From Chrysomallon squamiferum (lineage: Eukaryota > Animalia > Mollusca): 64,000 bases of DNA. Where the stretch lies: assembly GCA_012295275.1 (NCBI GenBank), contig CM022679.1, positions 18,352,001-18,416,000 of the forward strand, in the 5' to 3' direction. How positions within the stretch are numbered: the stretch's first letter is position 1; each line of letters opens with the position of its first letter. Made by a program: the position numbers and the translations under genes. Of the stretch, positions 37,435-64,000 are shown piece after piece. The notes below the pieces were generated by a model. The model saw nothing but the letters and a program-made list of their open reading frames with translations, was not told where the DNA came from and did no database searches.

Positions 37435-39754
37435 GTCTATACAAAATAACAAATCCAAAAACAACATAAAAATATGCTCTACCACCAAAACAAAACAAAA
37501 CAAGAAAACACTGCATTTTTAGTCAATACAATTAACTATAATAACCTTTGTATTGTAACTTGCTGGATTTGGAATTAAAGATGCCAGTAAAAATATTTCT
37601 AAAAAAATATATAAATTGGACTATCACTCAATAGGTTGTTCCTAGCTATTTCTGTAAATTCTGGTTTAAAATTTAACAGAAATATTCTTGTACGTTGTTG
37701 TCCAGGAAATTCAGTACAAACCAACCACTTTCTTTGCTTGGAATAAAAGTTAAATATGAAACTTCACGGCTATTATATACTTTTATGATAAAACTTTTTA
37801 TTGTTAGCATTTTATGCTGTCTGCCAGAACTGAATGTTAATGGGAATACGTTTTAATTCTATCCTTCATAGTTTATTCTGGTGTGTTTGAATAACATTAA
37901 ATATTTCACAGAAACATTTCTCTGTTGTAACTTGCAGTCCTGGGATTTAAGAAAAATGGCCCCATACTGTTTGCTTAGAACTGAAAATTAATGGAAATAA
38001 CGATTGTTTCTTATTTGAATACCCATTTAGTTTGCATAGAAACATTCTTCTGTTGTCTTGCTGACCTAGGAATTAAAAAAGAAAATTTGTGCTATTACTG
38101 AAAATTAATGGAAGTATTTCTCAATTCTATTAGCTTCAGCTCCATTTACATTCACATTATCAAACTCTATAATTTTTGTAAGTATTATTACACTGTAATT
38201 CATTCTCCATCCAGCTTTTGTCTATCTGTTCTTACTAATCTCTCACTGTAAAGTGCTTTAAGCCATCCTCTCACGAAGAAAGGCCACTCAAGAAGTAATC
38301 TTTATTATGATATAGCCTTTACTAGCACTTGGACTGTATCTCAGTGCTAAAAAGAACTGCAATTTGTTAAAAGAAAAACGTTGAACCCACATAAATTAAC
38401 TGTTCAGATTTTCTAATTTATCGTTTCTAAATGTGTTTCATCAAGTGAAATTATAAATTTTCAAAGATTTTATTTGTTTTAACCATTTAAATGATCTATC
38501 GCAAATGAATGATTTTATCAATTTTGGCTTCACATAAATATACTTTGAAGACGTATGAAGAAAATGAAAAAGAAAAAATTAGAATGCATAGTTGTAACGC
38601 ACAATATGACATTATGAAATAAGCTTTGTCAGAGACAATTTCGTATCAGAATGGGCTGTTACTAATCGAAATTCTTTAAAAATTGTAACTGTGCACCAAA
38701 AAGTTATAATTATATTAAAACAATAATAACTTTGGAGCTGTTAGACCAGAACTTCCAATTTTTTAAGCACTGAAGTCAGGACAAAAATATCTACAGTTAT
38801 AGTTAGGAGTCAGTCTTATCCCAAACAGAAAATCACTCAGAAGCACCTTCTAATATGGAGTGAGAGGTCTGCTAAAACGTTACTTTTTGGTATTCCTACA
38901 CAGATCTAGGTAAATTATAGTTATTGTTTTTATCGAGATATGTACAAGCATTAATCCCGTATAAAAAAAGTTTAATTATATATATATATACAAGTTGTTA
39001 CTAAAACTGCAATTAAGATTAAATTAAATTAGCAAGTGGTTGAAAAGAGTTGCAATTTCCTTCTTAATTAAATTCATTTGTCAGCGTTTAAGGGGTGAAT
39101 GCGATATAATGATACAGCTCGAGTAGCAGCCAATACAAAGAGAAAGAATATACATAACTTTAGGAGAGATTCTGAATAACCAATGTTTATGAATTTCATC
39201 GGTTGACTGGAAAAATGGATTAAGGGTCCGTTACGATACCAATGACAAAGATGTACAGAAACAAAAAAGTACAATGAAAACAATCTGAATGCGCCAGTTT
39301 TCTACAATAATGAAATGTTCATCGCATGCACAGCGGACCGATAAGCTAGAAAATTCATCAAGCAAATAAGTGAGATTCCATGAAAGGTATGGTGTCAAGA
39401 AAAGAAAGAAATAATATATATATATATAAATATTTATATATCTATAATTAAACTAAAAGTACAACAAAACAAACAACAATATGGAAAAAAAAAAAAAAAA
39501 AAATCAACAACATTTAAACTGCCAGTGTTCTTAAAGTGATACTTTACTCAGTAATGTAATACTGAAAAACACAATAATTATCGTGTCTCAAAAATTAAAA
39601 TACCTCGGTTTAAGGTTCTCGTAACATTCTTCATTTTTTCTTGTAAACTGATTAGAATTAAAGATTAATCATGTTTAATCAGTTTGGATAGCTTCAGCTT
39701 CTGAAAAATCAACGCAGGTCATCTTCCAGTTTTGTTCACGTCATTGTCGGGCCT

Positions 39755-62730
<22,976 letters not shown>

Positions 62731-64000
62731 CTAGAAAAATAATATGACTGAATATTTTGTATAAATGTTTACTTTATAAAATGTCAATGAATCGATGTTA
62801 CATGCACATCTGTCTGGACTAATATCATTGCACTGAAACCATGATGAACACAAAGAATCAGAAAGTGAAAAGTTAAAAATTTATTAAATATAAATTAATT
62901 TTGTTCCAGTATAAGAAGGAATATTCCTTGTTTAAAGCAGTTCACTTTGTGCATACTTGATTAATGCTTTATTATTAACTGATGTGCACAGTAAACAATT
63001 TGATTAAAGCTGTATCGAATTTCTCAGTGAAAACAAACATAAAATTGTACCCCGAACGACATGAATGGAAAAAAAAGAAAGAAAAAAAGAGTCAAGCTCA
63101 TTTGCCGCAATTTAAAAAAACAGACTGCCTGAGTTTAAATATATTGAACATTTAATTTGAAACTGAAACACTGAATTTATAGAGAGGAAAATGCTCAAAC
63201 AAATTAAATTACTTCTGATTTAATTTGTATTGAACACTGCATAAATATTGTTGAATACTACTTTGTATTTATTAAACATTTAAATATTTTATTTTTTATT
63301 TTCCATACAAGTATATTACCTGTCTGTTAGGATGTTGAAACTGAATTATTTTTAGTTATATGGCAACGTTCATAGATAAATTACTCGCATAAATCAAGGG
63401 AATATACTGTAGTGTGGGTGTATATATGTAGGTCTTTCTTTAATTAAAATAGTTCTTAGTTATTTAGAAAAACATCAAAATTTATTTTAACTCAGTAACA
63501 GTCATGACTCAAACTATTATAGAAACAAAAATCTCCTACTAAAATTTTAACCTGTTTGAAAGACAAAGGCGCTGTGCCAGTTATGCACAGCACTCACATG
63601 TGTAATAATAATAAATACAAATCCGTGAAAAGGTTGAGGCTGTATGTGATTTTTCCATAAAAGATCCTCTTTTGTATATAAAAATGTACTTGAAAAGAAA
63701 CCGAAAACTTTCTGAAATTGCTCTTTTCTGAAAAAAACAACAACAGTGCATCGGAAAGAAAAAATGTCACTCTTTATTTTAGTGTACATTTATATTTGCA
63801 CCGAGCCGGGAAAAGATAGCAATTTTCAACTAATTCATGTCTTGTGGGCAGCTGGCGATGCGGATGCCAATACCTATCATATCATTCCAAGACTGAATAA
63901 CATATTTTTTAAACTTAACCTTGGCTTCTTACTAAGGAAATTATAAAGATCATGATTTTTTTTCTCAGATAAAGATTTATATTTATTTATTTATTTAATT

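Noticed and set aside
63300-64000. Further upstream exons of the polycystin-like gene
   Set aside because: Candidate donors exist (~63319, ~63551) but I could not build a stop-free, motif-supported frame.

Overview
AT-rich, intron-containing animal (probably invertebrate) genomic DNA, not a prokaryotic locus. Host genes: two tandem, diverged TPPP/p25-alpha paralogs on + (3440-4894 and 25590-28277, three coding exons each with identical intron positions) and a large multi-exon polycystin-1-like gene on - (PKD/REJ-GPS-PLAT-PKD channel, 39755 to at least 62730, 5' end not resolved). Between the TPPP paralogs is an ~18.7 kb nested transposon stack: a pogo-like DNA element holds an LTR-like element (TGTCACGG...CCGTGACA, 5-bp TSD), which holds two head-to-tail I-group LINEs (CCHC ORF1; APE-RT-RNase H-CCHC ORF2). 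The strongest signal is that both LINEs join the same nucleotide of a near-palindromic target (GTAACA^AATTTGGTTACGCA) 31 bp inside the LTR-like terminus, each with its own TSD. They have near-identical ORF2/3'UTR but clearly different 5'UTR/ORF1. This suggests a young, target-specific LINE family that parasitises another retroelement and exchanges its 5' module. Remnants of a second LINE family (same 3' two-hairpin layout), MULE, Tc1, Ginger-like and CXC-type DNA transposons and many microsatellites are also present. All alignments and coordinates were read by eye; no database search was run.
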